Shown here: positions 34,110-49,229 of the stretch, piece by piece
Numbering within the stretch: position 1 is the first letter of the stretch
Layout: each line of letters opens with the position of its first letter
Assembly (NCBI RefSeq): GCF_009914755.1
Contig: NC_060938.1
Source of the DNA: the human T2T-CHM13v2.0 reference genome, Homo sapiens
Strand: one strand, 5' to 3'
Length of the DNA stretch: 64,000 nt
The notes under the pieces: model-generated
The model's database searches: none
Seen by the model: the letters and a program-made list of their open reading frames with translations, nothing else
What the model was told of the DNA's origin: nothing
Position numbers and translations under genes: made by a program

Positions 34110-35587
34110 CCTGAAACATGTGCAGCCGGAAGGCTGCAGCAGGACGCTCTCCTGCTGTTCGGGAGACGCTCCTGGTCCCTGCCAGCGGCGCACAAACCAG
34201 GCCCTACTGGCGCTCTGCCCCGCCCAAGTGGTGATTCCCCAGAATTTTCCCAGGCGAAGTGGGGCCTTCAACAAGTCTGAGGGCTGTCTTAATGGCCTGC
34301 ACCTGCCGGCGCCATACCCACATCATTGGTTTAAGGCCTAAAAGGCTCTTCCTTTCCAGGCACCTCCTAGTGTTCACCTGCACGGAGCAGTACGCTCCCC
34401 ACGAGGAAAAGCCCTTTGTCCAAGATGACTGCTACTATCACGGTTATATGGAGCCCCCAGCCCCGAGTCTCTGGGAGTTCTCAGCACCCCTTTGGAAAAC
34501 TATGGAGGGATGCACAGATACAGATAACCAAGCAAACTTATGAAATCGAGCCCATAAGGCATTTTACCACATATGTTCGAACACCAGATAAGATAGGATT
34601 CAATTGTCGCCATGAAATTGGCTTAACAAAAGAGGAAATACAGTTGACGCTTGAATAACGTGGATTTGAACTGTACAGGCCCACTCATGTGCGATTTTTT
34701 CAATAAATACAGTCGGCCCTCTGCAAACGCAGATGCAGAAAATACAGTATTCACAGAATGTGAAACCCACATATATGGAAAACCAACTTTTCGTATACAC
34801 AGGTTCTGCAGGGCCAACTACAGGACTTAAGTATGCATGGATTTAGGTATACATGGGAGTATACCTCAAAAAACAAAAAGAAAGTGCGAGGTGGTGCCCT
34901 GAGGATCCCTGTGTATCAGATAGGACACTTTGTGGTCTACAGTGTCTACTCCTATCATAAAATATGCAACAGTCACAATAAACGATGTTGATATATTTTT
35001 GGCCAGACAGCAAGGAATGCCTCTCTGAGCTGCCATAAAAATTAATATACAAGGAGATCATTTCAGTCCCTGTGGCATGGAAGGTTTAATATACAAAAGA
35101 TGCCCTTCGTCAAATAATTTGTGTGAGAGTGCACTGTGAAAACATATAAACAATTTCCAAGGTAAAACAACATAATGCTATAATTAAAAAATCAGTTAAT
35201 GGTCCCAGGTGTTGGGGAACTATTACTTTGGAAGGGATACAGTTGATATTGGGCAAGTAAAAGACGGCACTTTGTGTGGTCTAGAAAAGATATATATGAG
35301 AAGGAGCTATGTCAATTATTCTATATATGACTGCAAATTGGAGAAATGTCATAAGATTGCCACGGTTTATATGGGTGGACCCTACCTACTGTGAGTTTAC
35401 CGGCTATGGAAGAAGCTCAAACAGTGGTTCAGCTCTATGGGGTAGTCTCCTTCCCCAACTATTAACAATTCTTTGCACCGTAATTCTACTCACACTCTTT
35501 TGCCTTGCCTCATTATCTTACACTTTTATCAGAGTACTGCTTTCAACAAAGTTTTTACTCAAGAAAATGTCATTAGGATTTAAATAG
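34110..35587 (+). pseudogene. Decayed ADAM20/21-like pseudogene (signal/prodomain, then Cys-rich, EGF, TM; metalloprotease and most of the disintegrin domain missing)
   Basis: QVVIP; LFLSRHLLVFTCTEQYAPHEEKPFVQDDCYYHGYME; TYEIEPI; GLTKEEI; IFGQTARNASLSC; DIGQVKDGTLCGLEK; GYGRSSNSG; hydrophobic TM. All are collinear with ADAM20 in this window, with many frameshifts. Confidence 0.9.
34641..34862. mobile_element. TcMar-Tigger fragment (Tigger2/MER2B-like) inside the ADAM pseudogene
   Basis: TA then cagttgac.cttgaa.aac Tigger-like terminus and MER2-like body. Confidence 0.7.
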
Positions 35588-35692
35588 GAAATAGAAGTAT
35601 TACAAAGTATTCACTTATTCAAAGAAAACATTTTTGGAAAGAGAAGATAGTGCATGATCACTGTCCAGTGACTTCCAGGTCATTAATTAAGA

Positions 35693-35890
35693 CAAGCTTG
35701 TCCATGGGCTGCATGTGGGCCAGAATGGCTTTGAATGCAGCCCAACACAAATTCATAAACTTTCTTAAAACATTTTTTTTTTTTTGCAATTTTTTTAGCT
35801 CATCAGCTATTGTTAGTGTATTTTATGTGTGGCCCAAGATAATTTTTCTTCTAGTGTGACCCAGGGAAGCCAAAAGATTGGACACCCTTG
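35693..35890. mobile_element. MER30 (hAT-Charlie MITE)
   Basis: ggctttgaatgcagcccaacacaaattc...aaagattggacaccc; ATTAAGA on both flanks. Confidence 0.8.
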
Positions 35891-36539
35891 ATTAAGAAGA
35901 TATGATCAAAGGCAGATTTTCTTGGTTCCTTGTATTTAATTGAAAGACAAACAGGCACTGAATTTTTTAAATTAAACATCTGATCCTTAAAAAGGACTCA
36001 TTTCTCTCCATTTAAGGTAGGATTGCACTCAGTAGGAAATCCTGGAATGTGTTCCACTATTTTTATCATATTAGCTCTGTGGATATACCCTTTAACCAGA
36101 TATAAGGTAACAAGTGTGTGGCACAATCACAGAGACAGAATATTGACAGGTACAGCTTCCCTTTGTAAAATCTGAAGGAGAAATGGTAGAAGCAATCAAA
36201 GCAAAGAATAAGGATAACAAAATAGCCATAAAGGGACAAAAATTATAAAGAGATATAAAAAGTCTTGTAGTCAAATACAAGGATTTTGTAGAAAGCCCAG
36301 GATCTCCAGTGAAGTAGTTTCAAAAAGGAATCTGGTAAGAAAACATACATAGATCGGATTTGATATTTACTACCCTGGCTACTAGAAAGGAACCCTGGAG
36401 ATTCTAGCTGTCTTTAGCTGCCAATTAGATATCTGGATAATGATGCTGGTGAATTACTTAACTTTCAAACATATGTATCTGTGTGCCTGTGTGTTATACA
36501 TGTATGAATGTGTGTGTGTGTGTGTGGTGCCAAGTACAG

Positions 36540-37810
36540 TGTTCAGAGTTGTAGAGTCTCCTGCCCTCAGAGTTGCTCATTGTCCAGCTGGGAGAAACAG
36601 ATAAGAGTACAGAACTATAGTGGAGTGGGGTAAATGCTATAACATGGGTGTGCACAGTGTTCTTGGAAGTACAAGTTATTGGAGGGGAGACATGAAAATG
36701 AAGTAAAAATAAATAAAATATACAAATAAAAGTGGGGAGGCAGAATACACACATTTCAGGCAAAGGGAAAAACATTTGCCAAATAAACAAACAACAAACA
36801 AAAAACTAAGCATTTGACAGAGTTGATGACTTCTTCCTCTTTGAATTGCTTTCTTCATTTGGTTTCCATGGGATCACTTCAGTAGCTGCTACTTCTCATA
36901 TTCATTTGCTATTATTTTATATCTTCCCTATCTTCCCTAACACTAAGTGTTGTTAGAGTTCCAGTGCTCAGTCCTTGGACATCTTTTTAACTCTCTCTGT
37001 ACTCATTCTATTGTACTCATTCTATTGATGATCTCATCCATCTCATGGTATTAAAGACCATATATATTCTATGATGCCAAAATGTATATCTCCTGCCTGG
37101 GACTTCTGTAAAACCTAAATTCAACCTAAAAACTGCCTACATGGCATCATCACTTGAAATGTCTAATTGGCATCTGAAAATAAATATGTCCAAAGTGAAT
37201 TCTTTAGCTCCCTCCTCCCACCACCTCCTCCCTAAACCTGCTTAACACACAGCCTTCCCCATCTCAGTTAATCCCAACTCTATCCTTCAAGTTGCCTAGA
37301 AAAAAAAAAAAGCTTACAGTCATCCTTAATTCCTTTTTTTTTTCATCATACCACACAACCGATCTGTCAGCAAATCCTGTTGTTTTAACCTTCAAAATCT
37401 AATCACTTCTCACCATCCCCATCATTATCACCCTGGTCAAATTCACCATTGTTTCCCACCTTGATTATTGCCTTAGCCTCCTAACATGTCTCCTGCATCC
37501 ATTCTTATACTCGACACTCAATTCCCATATATCAGGGAAGTTCTGTTTTAATATGAGTCATATCATATCATTACTTTGCTCAGAATGCTCCAGTGGCTTC
37601 CCATCTTATTCATAGTAAAAGTCTGTACAATGCTTTACAAGGTTGTACCCAATATACCTCCTGCCATCACTATCGCTCTCTCCTTTTTTACCTAATTCAT
37701 GTCCTATTTATTCTTCCCTTTGTTCATTTCAGCTGGTCTCCTTGCTGATCCACTAACAGACCAAAGCATACACCCATCTCAGGGTCTTTATTCTTGCTGC
37801 TCCTTTGACC
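36540..37810. mobile_element. L2 fragments
   Basis: Typical L2 text (tgatctcatcca..tctcatgg, cacttgaaatgtctaat, ctccagtggcttccca). Confidence 0.7.
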
Positions 37811-38575
37811 TGTGTAGATGGAGGGAAGGAAAGCAGGAGAGAGGTAAAGATGAAGAAAGGAAAGAAGCAAGCAAGGGATGGATGATCCATGAAGTAAATC
37901 CATTTGAATAAAGGAATGTATTTAAATAACTAGGCTATGACCAAGATAGGGAGGTTATTCTTTTATTGCTCTTGTGTTAATAATAATTATTATGTTATTG
38001 TGTCATCCATTAACCTAATTCACTACATTAAGAATAAAGGGGAGAAAATGTAGGAAAATCTAAAGCATTCTCAAAATATGTTTTCATCCAACTCAATACT
38101 CATCCAATATAAAATTTATTAAAAGCTGTGAATAAAAAATATTCATAGAAAATAATCTGGAGTATTAAAAGACATTCATGAATGAGGTAAAGATGTTGCC
38201 TGGAATAACTGTTTGTCAATATTTTAATGGCAATCTTAAATGTATTACTAAAACAGAAAGGAAATAGAAATAAAAACATGAAACTATCACTATTTATGAA
38301 CTTTCTGATAGTCTACCTAGAATACAAAAAAGGCTCAATCAAAAAAGATTTTATAATGGTCCAGGCACATGGCTGAATAAAGATGCTAATAAACACTCCA
38401 AAACCAGCAGCTTTCCAGTAACATATCAAAAACCACTTAGCAAATGTAATGGGGGTAGGGAGGGAGATCTTATTCACAATATCAACTAAAATTATAAAAC
38501 ACCTATGAGCAAACCTGAAAAGAAATGTGACAGACTCATAGAAAAAAATTATAAAATTTTTTCAAAAATCAGAAA

Positions 38576-40910
38576 ACATATGGTTTAGATTTGTGTCCCC
38601 ACCCAAATCTCATGTTGAATTGGAGGAAAGGCCTGGTGGGAGATGATTGGATCATGGGGTGGATTTCCCTCTTGCTGTTCTCATGATAATGATTCTCATG
38701 AGATCTGATGGTTTAAGAGTGTGTGTAGCACTTCCCCCTTCACTCTCTCTCTCTTGCCACCATGTAAAGAAAGTGCTTGCTTCCCCTTCACCTTCCACCA
38801 TGATTGTAAGTTTCCTGAGGCCTCCCAGTCATGCTTCTTGTTAAGCCTTCAGAACTGTGAGTCAATTAAACCTCCTTTCTTTATAAATTACCCAGCCTCA
38901 GGAAGTTCTTTATAGCAGTGTGAGAATGGACTAATACAGAAAACTGGTACCAGGAGTGGGGCTCTGCTATAAAGATACCTAAGAATGTGGAAGTGACTTT
39001 GGAACTAGGTAACATTCAGAGGTTGGAACAGTTTGGAGGGCTCAGAAGAAGACAGGAAGATATGGGAAAGTTTGGAACTTCCTAGAAACTTATTGAATGG
39101 CTTTTACCAAAATGCCTATAGTGATATGAACTATGAAGTCCAGGCTGAGGTGGTCTCAGATGGAGATGAGGAATTTATTGGGAACTGGAGTAAAGGTCAC
39201 TCTTGCTATGCTTTAGCAAAGACACTGGTGGCATTTTGCCCCTGCCCTAGAAATCTATGTAACTTTGGACTTGAGAGAGATGATTTGGGGTATCTGGTGG
39301 AATAAATTTCTAAGCAGCAATGCATTCAAGATTTGACCTGGCTGTTTCTAAAAGTGTATGCACATATTCATGAAGAAAGAGATGGTGTGAAATTGGAACT
39401 TGTATTTAAAAGAGAAGCAGACCATAAAAGTTTAGAAAATTTGTAGTCTGACCATACAGTAGAAAAGAAAAACATTTCCTGGGGAGAAATTCAAGCCTGC
39501 TGCAGAAATTTGCATAAGTAAAGAGGAGCTGACTGTTAATAGCCAAGACAATGGGGAAAATGTCTGCAGGGTATTTCAGAGACCTCCCTGGCAGTCACTC
39601 TCATCACAGGTCTGGAGGCCTAGGAGAGAAGAATGGTTTTCTGGGCAAGGCCCAGGGCCCAACTGCTCTGTGCAGCCTTGGGACGTGGGAATGGCTGCAT
39701 CCCAGCCATTCCAGCTCCAGCCATGGCTAAAAGGGGCCAAAGTACAGCTCGGGTCATGGCTTCAGAGAGTGCAAGCCCCAAGCCTTGGCAGCTTCCACAT
39801 GGTGTTGGGCCTGCAGGATGCAGAAGGCAAGAGTTGAGGTTTGAAAACCTCTGCCTAGGTATCAGAGGATGTATGGAAATGCCTGGATGTCCAGGCAGAA
39901 GTCTGCAGCAGGGGCAGAGCCCTCATGGAGAATCTCTACTAGGGCAATGCAGAGGGGAAATGTGGGATTGGAGTCCCCACATAGAGTCCCCACTGGGGCA
40001 CTGCCTAGTGGAACTGTGAGAAGAGGGCCACCATCCTCCAGACCCCAGAATGGCAGATCCATGGACAGCTTGAACCGAGCACATGGAGAAGACAGAGGCG
40101 CCCAATGCCAGCCCACAAAAGCAGCTGGGAGGAGGGCTGTACCCTGCAGAGCCATGGGGCAGAGCTGCCCAAGGCCTTGGGAGCCCATCCCTTGCATCAG
40201 CATGCCCTGAATGTGAGACATCATGTCAAAAGAGATTATTTTGGAGCTTTAAGATTTAATGACTGCCCTATTGGGTTTCAGAAGTGCATGCGGCCTATAG
40301 CCCCTTTGTGTTGGCCAATTTCTCCCATTTTGAATGGGAGCATGTATCTCCATTGTATCTTGGAAGTAACTTGTTTCTAATTTTACAGGCTCATAAATGG
40401 AAAGAATTTACCTTGTCTCAGATGAGACTTTGGATTGTGGACTTTTGAGTTAATGCTGAAATGAGTTAAAGCTGGGAGACTGTTGAGAAGGAATAATTGT
40501 ATTTTTGCAATGTGAGAATGACATGAGATTTGGGAGAGGCCAGGGGTGAAATAATATGGTTTGGATTTGTGTCCCCATCCAAATCTCATGTTGGAGGAGG
40601 GGCTTGGTTGGAGGTGACTGGATCATAGGGCAGATTCCTCCCTTGCTGTTCTCATGATAGTGAGTGAGTTCTCACAAGATCAATGGTTTAACAGTGTGTA
40701 GCACTTCCCCCTTTTTTCTCTCTCTCCTGCCACCAAGTGAAGAAAGTGCTTGCTTCCCCTTCGCCTTCTGCCATGATTGTAAGTTTCCTGAGGCCTCCTA
40801 GTCATGCTTCCTGTTAAGCCTGTGGAACTGTGAGTCAATTAAACCTCCTTTCTTTATAAATTACCCAGTCTCAGGTAGTTCTTTATAGCAGTGTGAGAAC
40901 AAACTAATAA
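38576..40910 (+). mobile_element. Full-length MaLR (MSTA/THE1D-like): LTR 38576-38938, internal region, LTR 40552-40910
   Basis: Paired LTRs of about 360 bp ending ctaata(c)a; internal region starts gaaaactggtaccaggagtgg; purine tract before the 3' LTR. Confidence 0.9.
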
Positions 40911-41547
40911 AACTTCTGAATAAATGGAGAAATATATGTTTCTGAGTAAGAATTCTCAATGTTGGTAGCTTGTCATTTCTCTAAATTACATCTATTTCAA
41001 TGTCTGCCAACCATACTCCCTACAGTAGGATATTCATTAACGAAACTTGACAACTTTCAATCAGCTTTGGATTCATATTCCTTAGCAATCTGAGAAGAAT
41101 TCTCACAATTGCCATTTAGAAATCCAGAAATGAACACATTGTCACTGCTTGAGTCACATGACCATAACTGGACCAAATGAGATGACCCATTTGGCCAGGT
41201 CTAAGTCACACACCCTTCCCTGAAGCCAGAAGGAGAGTGACAGGTAATTAGCAGCCCTCATTACAACCTCACGACTGGAGTACACAGAAATGAACAATTC
41301 CCCAAAGGAAAAGGTTTGCTATATTGCAAGCAGGGGAGAGAGACATTCTAGGGGAAAAAAAGTAGATGTGTAGAGATGACATCAAGATGGCAGAGCAGGA
41401 ACTCTGGTGTTGGTTTACCCTCAGAAACACAAAAATAATATTTGGACTGAAATACCTGTGTGAGAAACTTTTAATCCAGTTAAAAAACTGTGTTGTTCTA
41501 CGCAAGAACAAAGCTGAGAAAACTTGCAACCAACATAGGAAGAAGAG

Positions 41548-41952
41548 TGATACAGTTTGGACATTTGTCCCCGCCTGCAACTCATGTTGAAATGTAATCC
41601 CCAGCGTTGGAGGTGGAACCTGTTAGGAGGTGTTTGAGTCACAGGATTGGATGTCTTATGGCTCTGTGGTATCCTTGTAATAGTGAGTGTATTCTCCCAA
41701 GACCTGGCTGCTGTAAAGTGTGGCACCTGCCCCCCTCCACTCTATTTCTTGCTCCTGCTTTTGCCATGTGACATGCAAGCTCCCACTTTACCTTCGCCAT
41801 TAGTAAAACTCCCTGAAGCCTCCCTAGAAGCCAAGCAGATGCCAGCAGCTTCTAGTACAGCCTGCAGTACCATAAGCCAATTAATCTACTTTCTTTATCA
41901 ATTACCTAATTTCAGGTATTTCTTTATAGCAATGAAAGAAGGGCCTAATACA
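41548..41952 (+). mobile_element. MST solo LTR (MSTB-like), TSD AAGAG
   Basis: tgatacagtttgg...ctaataca; 5-bp TSD. Confidence 0.85.
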
Positions 41953-42754
41953 AAGAGCAAACTTAATTTTCCCACATCAGTCCCTCCCCCAAACTGGCTT
42001 AGTTCAGAGCCAGAGGATCACCTCAGCCCATGACTTCTCCCATGAGTGGGAAGGAGACAGTGAAGAGTGTGCCAGCTGCCTGGCCTACTGCCATTTCAGT
42101 GTACTCCCCAAGGGCTAATTTCTGTCATCTCACATTTGAAGCACTGAAAGACTGGTAGAGCCTGTGAGCCTGAGACAACTAGGAGCAAAACAGAGGGGGC
42201 AGGTAACTCTTACACCAGCGCTGCTGAGCAAGATTGGTAAAAGTCAGAGAACTAAGGCTTTCTCTTCAGGAGTGAGTGGGAAAAACAAACTGAGCTTTGT
42301 CCCCAAACTTTCAGTGCATTTCCAAGGGCCTGATTTCTATCTTGTCTCATACTTAGCATTAAAAACAGTAGAATCTAGATGCCTGGGACAGTTAAATGAC
42401 TGGACCAGCCAGGAACAAGAGACGAAGGGAGGGTGCCTCTCTATAGTTTATACTGTTCTGCAACACAGGGAAAAAGTGTTGTTTCATCAAATGTGCAGAC
42501 ATGAATACAATCATATAAGAAACATGAAGAATCAAGAAAACATTGAAAAAAGGCAAGAAAATAGATCTCTACCAACTCACCCAAAATAAATGGGAATTTA
42601 TGAAGTGAAAATGGGAATTTTCAAATACTGAAAATAATTCAGATTAATCATCCTAAAGAAGCTCAGTGAGATAAAAGAGAATGTTGATAGACAATTAAAT
42701 TAAATCAAAAAATAAAACATGGACAAACTGAGAATATCAACAAAGAGATAGACG

Positions 42755-43097
<343 letters not shown>

Positions 43098-43631
43098 TAT
43101 AATTAAATTTTTAAAATACTAGAAAATTGGATTTTATTAAAGAATAACTGGATTTAAAAAATCGCAAGAGAGGTTCAACAGCAAACTTTTATCAAGCAGA
43201 AGACAGAATTTGAAAACTCGAGGATGGGCAATTTGAAATTACAGCCAGAACAGCAAAATGAAAAAATAATGAAAAGAAGTGAAGAAATCTTAAGGAAATC
43301 ATGGTACTCCATCAAACCAATATATACATTATGGAAGGCCCAGAGGAGAAGAGAAAGAGAAAGCGGTAAAAACCCTAATTAAAAAAATGACTCAATAATT
43401 CCCAAATCTGGGCATGGAAATGAACATCCAGATTCATGAAGCCCAAACAGAATAAATCCAAAAAGGTCTAGAACAAGACATTATAGTCAAAATGTCAAAA
43501 ATCAAAGACAACTACAGAATTTTCAAACCAGCAAGAGAAAAGTGACTCATTACAGGCAAAGGAGCTCCATAAGACTACTGGCAGATTCCTCATCAGAAAC
43601 TATGCAGGCCAAGAGAGTGAGATGATATATA

Positions 43632-43933
43632 CAGTCAGCCCTTCATATCGACATGTTCTGCATCTGGAGATTCAAGCAACTGTATAGCAAAACAAAAAAC
43701 AATCTAACAATTAAAAATTTAAATAAAAAGTGTAATATAGTTAGAACAAATATTTATGTTGCATTTACATTTTATTGGGTATAATGAGTAATCTACAGCT
43801 GATGTAAAGTATACAGGAAGATGTACATGGTCTATATGCAAATACATTATTTTATACAACAGACTTTAGAATTTGTGGATTGTATTATCTGTGGAGTTTC
43901 CTGGATAACCCCACAGGTACCGGGGGATCACTA
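43632..43933. mobile_element. MER2-like Tigger MITE
   Basis: TA-cagtcagcccttcatatc... terminus; gcatttacatt.tatt.ggtat.at.agtaatcta core. Confidence 0.7.
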
Positions 43934-44627
43934 CATATTTAAAGTGCTGAAAGAAAAAAAAAAAACTACTAACCAAGAGTGCTATACCCAGCAAAGCTGT
44001 CCTTCAGAAATGAAGGCAAGAAAAAATTTCCCAAACAAAAGCTGAGGAAGTTCATCACCACTATGTTTACCTTATGAAAAACGCTACATGAAGTTGCTCA
44101 AGTTGAAACAAAAAGACACTAAATAGCAACATGAAAGACCACAGGAGTATAAAACTCACTGGTTAGGGTAAATATATAAGTAAATATAGAATCTTCTAAT
44201 ATTGTAAAGTATGTAAGTCACTTTTAACCCTAATATAAATGTTAAAAGACAAAAGTACTAAGAACTATAACAATTAATGGATACACAATTTAAGATGTAA
44301 ATTGTGACATCAATAACAAATAATTAAGGGAGAATAAATGGGTAGTTTTGTATGTGAGCATAGTTAAGCTGTTATCAGCTTAAAATAGACTGTTAGAAAT
44401 ATGTTTATGTAAGTCCCATGGTAACCAGAAAGGAAAAAACTTACAGGAGATACACAAAAGAGAAAGAGAAAAAAATCAAAGCACAACACTACAAAAATCA
44501 AGTCACCAAAGAAGACAAAAGGGGAGGAGAAGAAAGAAAGAAAAGAACTACAGAATAGACAGAAAAAAATTAATGAAATAGCAATAGTAAGCCCTTACCC
44601 ATCAATAATTACTTTATATGTAAATCA

Positions 44628-45095
<468 letters not shown>

Positions 45096-48000
45096 CTAGG
45101 GCAAAGCTATCGGTGGTGACTTGGGAATTTCCCAGGGATAGAGAACCAGCTGGCTAGCTCCTGTAGGAATTCATGTACTCCCCTGACCCAAACTGAGATG
45201 ACAGGTGCAATACTGGTGTAGATACCTAGTGGACCTCTGCCCTGCCTAGGGTTTCTCCGCCCTTGAGTCATCACACCACCAGAACCCTCACAAATATAAC
45301 TTACAACCCACTCTGGCTTTGGCAAGCACAGGAGACTGATGGGCCCCCAGGAAGTTGTGAGGCCCCTGGAGATCTAACCACCAGCATGGGCTACCAACAA
45401 GGGAGTGCAGCCTACCAAAGTCCCCTTAGGACAAAGGGAATGTGGATGCAGCACTGATTGCTGAAGGAGGCAGTGCCAACACCAGGAAATGAACATGGAG
45501 AGAGGGACATCTCCCACCCATCCAATGCCATACACTATTGCAGACACAGCAGAGGTTCTTCCCACTGGGGGCTGGGGAATGCATTCGGAGAAAGCATTTT
45601 TTAAGCTTTTCACAGCAGCTCCATCCCTACTCAAAGTAAGCCCATGCTGCATGGGGTTTACTCGAATGGCGGGGCCTAACTCGCCCTCCCTACACAGAAT
45701 GGCAGCATCCCAGCAACAGAGAACAGAGAAATCACAGAGTTGCCTGCCCTGAACTGGGGTAAGATACTCTGTCCAAGCCTTCAAGAGGGTGTTTCGGTGG
45801 CCCACAGCTGCTCTGCAACCAGGAACCAAAAGTATTTATGAACTAAGGTCGTGAGCTTTGCAACAGGGGCAAGATAGGGAAGCAGATGGCATTCCTGCTG
45901 ACTCAGGATAAGGACCTGGTGCACCTCCCCAACCTTTCCTCCAAGATCTCAGCGGGCCCCAACAAGATTGCTTCCTGTTCCCACTGGCCCCCTAACCCCT
46001 CTCATGCCTCCTGTCAACACAGGTGCTACCACTTGACATCAGCCTGGGCATGAGCTGTCTCCTACTCTTAAGTGTCATCTCCATCTACTGGACTACAGCC
46101 TGAACTGCACCACCAAACAAAAAACCTGCTACCAGAAGGGCTTAGTGCTAGTCTGAGATAAGTTTCCTAAGACCTATGCACCTGCACTCTCAATCCCACA
46201 GGAAATAGTGTGTCCGCTCATATGTTCAATACATCGCTACAACAATCAGCATCTAAGAAAGTCACTACACAGAGGCTATCCACAACCAACGTACCCATAT
46301 ACAGCCTTGGCCCACTGAAAGTACCAATAAATGAAACAAAAAGATCATACACAACATACACCACAGTCATACCCTAAAGGGAAAAAGGATTGAAAAATTA
46401 AAAGATCCCATGCAAATGATAGCAAACTCAAAAATGAGAAGTAGCAGCTCCTCAGACGAGAAGGAATCAGCAAGAACTCTGGCAGTATAAAAAGCCAGGA
46501 TGTCCTGACACCTCCAAAGGATTGCACCAACTCTCTAGTAATGGATACTAACCAAACTGAAAAATTTGAAATGATAAAATATTCAAAATAAGGATATCAA
46601 GGAAACTCAGTAAGATCCAAGAGAAAGTTGAAATCCAATACAAAGACACTAGAAAAATAATTCAGGGTATGAAAGACAAGATAGCTGTATTAAGAAAAAA
46701 ACAAATAGAACTTCTGAAATTGAAAATTTTGCTAAAGGAATTTCAAAATACAGCTGGAAGTTTTAATAACAGATTACACAAAGCAGAAGAAAGAATTTCA
46801 GAACTTGAAGGCTGGTCCTTCAAATTAACCCAGATAAAGCAAAAAAAAGAACAAAGCCTTTGGAAATACAAAGAAAAAGCAAGCAAATTGGAAAACATAT
46901 TTGAGGAAATAATTCAGGAAAATTTCCCTAATCTTGCTAGAGAGGTCAAGAACCAGATATAAGAAACTGAGAGTACACCTGAGAGATACTATACAACACA
47001 ACCGTTCCCAAGGTTAATACAAAAAAAAACCTTAAAGGTAGCTAGAGAAAAGGCCCAAATTACCTATAAAGGAAGTCCCATCAGACTAACAGCAGACTTC
47101 TCAGCAGAAACCTTACAAGCCAGAAGAGACTGAAGCCTATTTTTGCCTTCTTAAAGAAAAAAAAATGGCAGCCAAAAAGTTCATATCCTGCCAAACAGCT
47201 TCATAAATAAGGGAGAAATAAAGCCTTTATTAGAGAAGCAACTGTTAAGGGAATTTGTCTCCACCAGATAAGCCCTACAAGAAATATTCACAGAAGTTCT
47301 AAAGATGGAAACGAAAGAATGATACTGCTACCATAAAACAACACATAAGTACAAAGTTCTCAGATGCTACAAAACAATTACACAATTGAGACTACAAAAC
47401 AACTAGCTAAGAAAGCTATGACAGAAATGAAACCTCACATATCGATATTAGTCTTACATGTAAATGGTCTAAATACCCTACTCAAAAGACACAGAGTGGC
47501 AAATTGGATTTAAAAAACAGTATTCTGCTGCCTTCAATAGATCTACCTCACAGGGAACGGCATTCCCACACTAAAAGTAAAGAAATGGAAAAACATCTAT
47601 CATGCAAATGAAAAACAAACAAACAAAAAAGAGGATGAGTTGCTATTCTTGTAGCACATAAAACAGACTTTAAATGAACAAAGCTAAAAAAAGAAAATGA
47701 AAAAGATGGCATTATTTAATGATAAAACATTCAATTCAATCAAGAAGACTTAACTATCCTAACTATACCTGCACCCAATGTCAAAGTACCCATATTTATA
47801 AAACAAATACTAGTAGACTTCAGAGATACACAGTGAAACAATAATAGTGGGGGACTTCACTACCCCACTGACAGCATTAGACAGATCACTGAGGCAGAAA
47901 ACTAACAAAAAAAAAAAAAAAAAAAAAAAAAAAAACACTCTGGACTTAAACTGGACTCTTGACCAAAAGTACCTAATAGACATCTACAGAATATTCCACC

Positions 48001-49229
48001 CAAGAACCGCAAATACCCACTTCTTTAATCATCTGTACATGCAACATTCTCTAAATTTGACCACAAGCTCGGTCATAAAGCAAGTCTCAATAAATGCAAA
48101 AAAACTGAAATCATATCAAGTATCTTCTTGGACAATACACCCACACCTCTTGAGTAAAGCAAAAGCAGTGTTTAAAGGAAAGTTTATACTGCTAAATGCC
48201 TACGTGAAAAGATAGATCTCAAATTAACAACCTAAGGTCATATCTAAAGGACTTAGGAAAACAAACCAAATCCAAAGGTATCAGAAAAAAAAGAAAGAAA
48301 TATTAGAGAACTAAATGAAACTGAGACCAAAACAACAACAACAAAGCATCAACAAAATGAAAAGCTGGTTCATCGAAACAAAATTGATAGAGTGCTAGCA
48401 AGATTACTCAAGAAAAAAACGAACATTCAAATAACCACAATAAAAAATGATAAAGGTGACATTACAACTGATACCACAGAAAGAAAAAAGATCACCAGAG
48501 ACTACTAGGAACATCTCTATGCACACAAACTAGGAAACCTAGGAGAAATGGATATATTCCTGGAAAAACACAACCTCCAAAGATTGAGCCAGAAAGATAT
48601 TGAAATCTTGAACAGACGAATGAGTTAGATAATTAAATCGGTAATAAAAAATCTACCAACCAAAAAAAGCCCTGGGCAAGACAGAGTCACAGCCACATTC
48701 TACCAAATGTTCAAAAAGCTGGCACCAATCTTACTGAAACTGTTATAGGAAATCAAGGACAATTCCTCTCTGATTCATTCTACAAAACTAGCATCACCCT
48801 GGTATCAAAATCTAGCAAGGACACAGAAAAAAAAAACTACTGGTCAATATACTTTCTGAACATAGATGCAAAAATCTTCAACAACATACTAGCAAACTTA
48901 ATTCAACATCATATCAACCAGATAATTCATCATGATCAAGTGGGCTTTATTTCTGGGAAACAAGGATCATTCAATATACACAAATCAATATTATTCACCA
49001 CACAAACAGAATTAAAAACAAAACCTGTATGATCATCTCAACAGACACAGAAAAAGCATTCAATAGCATCCAGCATCCCTTCATAAAAACCTTCAACAAA
49101 CTGGACATCGAAGGAACATACCTCAAAATAATAAAAGCCATTTATGACAAACCCACAGCTAACATCATACTGAATGGGCAAATTTGAATGAATTCCCCTT
49201 AAGAATGATAACAAGACAAGGATGTCCAC

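Noticed and set aside
37000-37027. Tandem duplication TGTACTCATTCTAT x2
   Set aside because: Ordinary slippage duplication inside an L2.
39033-40380. Several 90-130 aa ORFs in the MaLR interior
   Set aside because: Fragmented MaLR internal sequence; no intact product.
42757-42785. Long T run directly before a sense Alu
   Set aside because: Best explained as slippage expansion within the 5' target site; no second element is evident.
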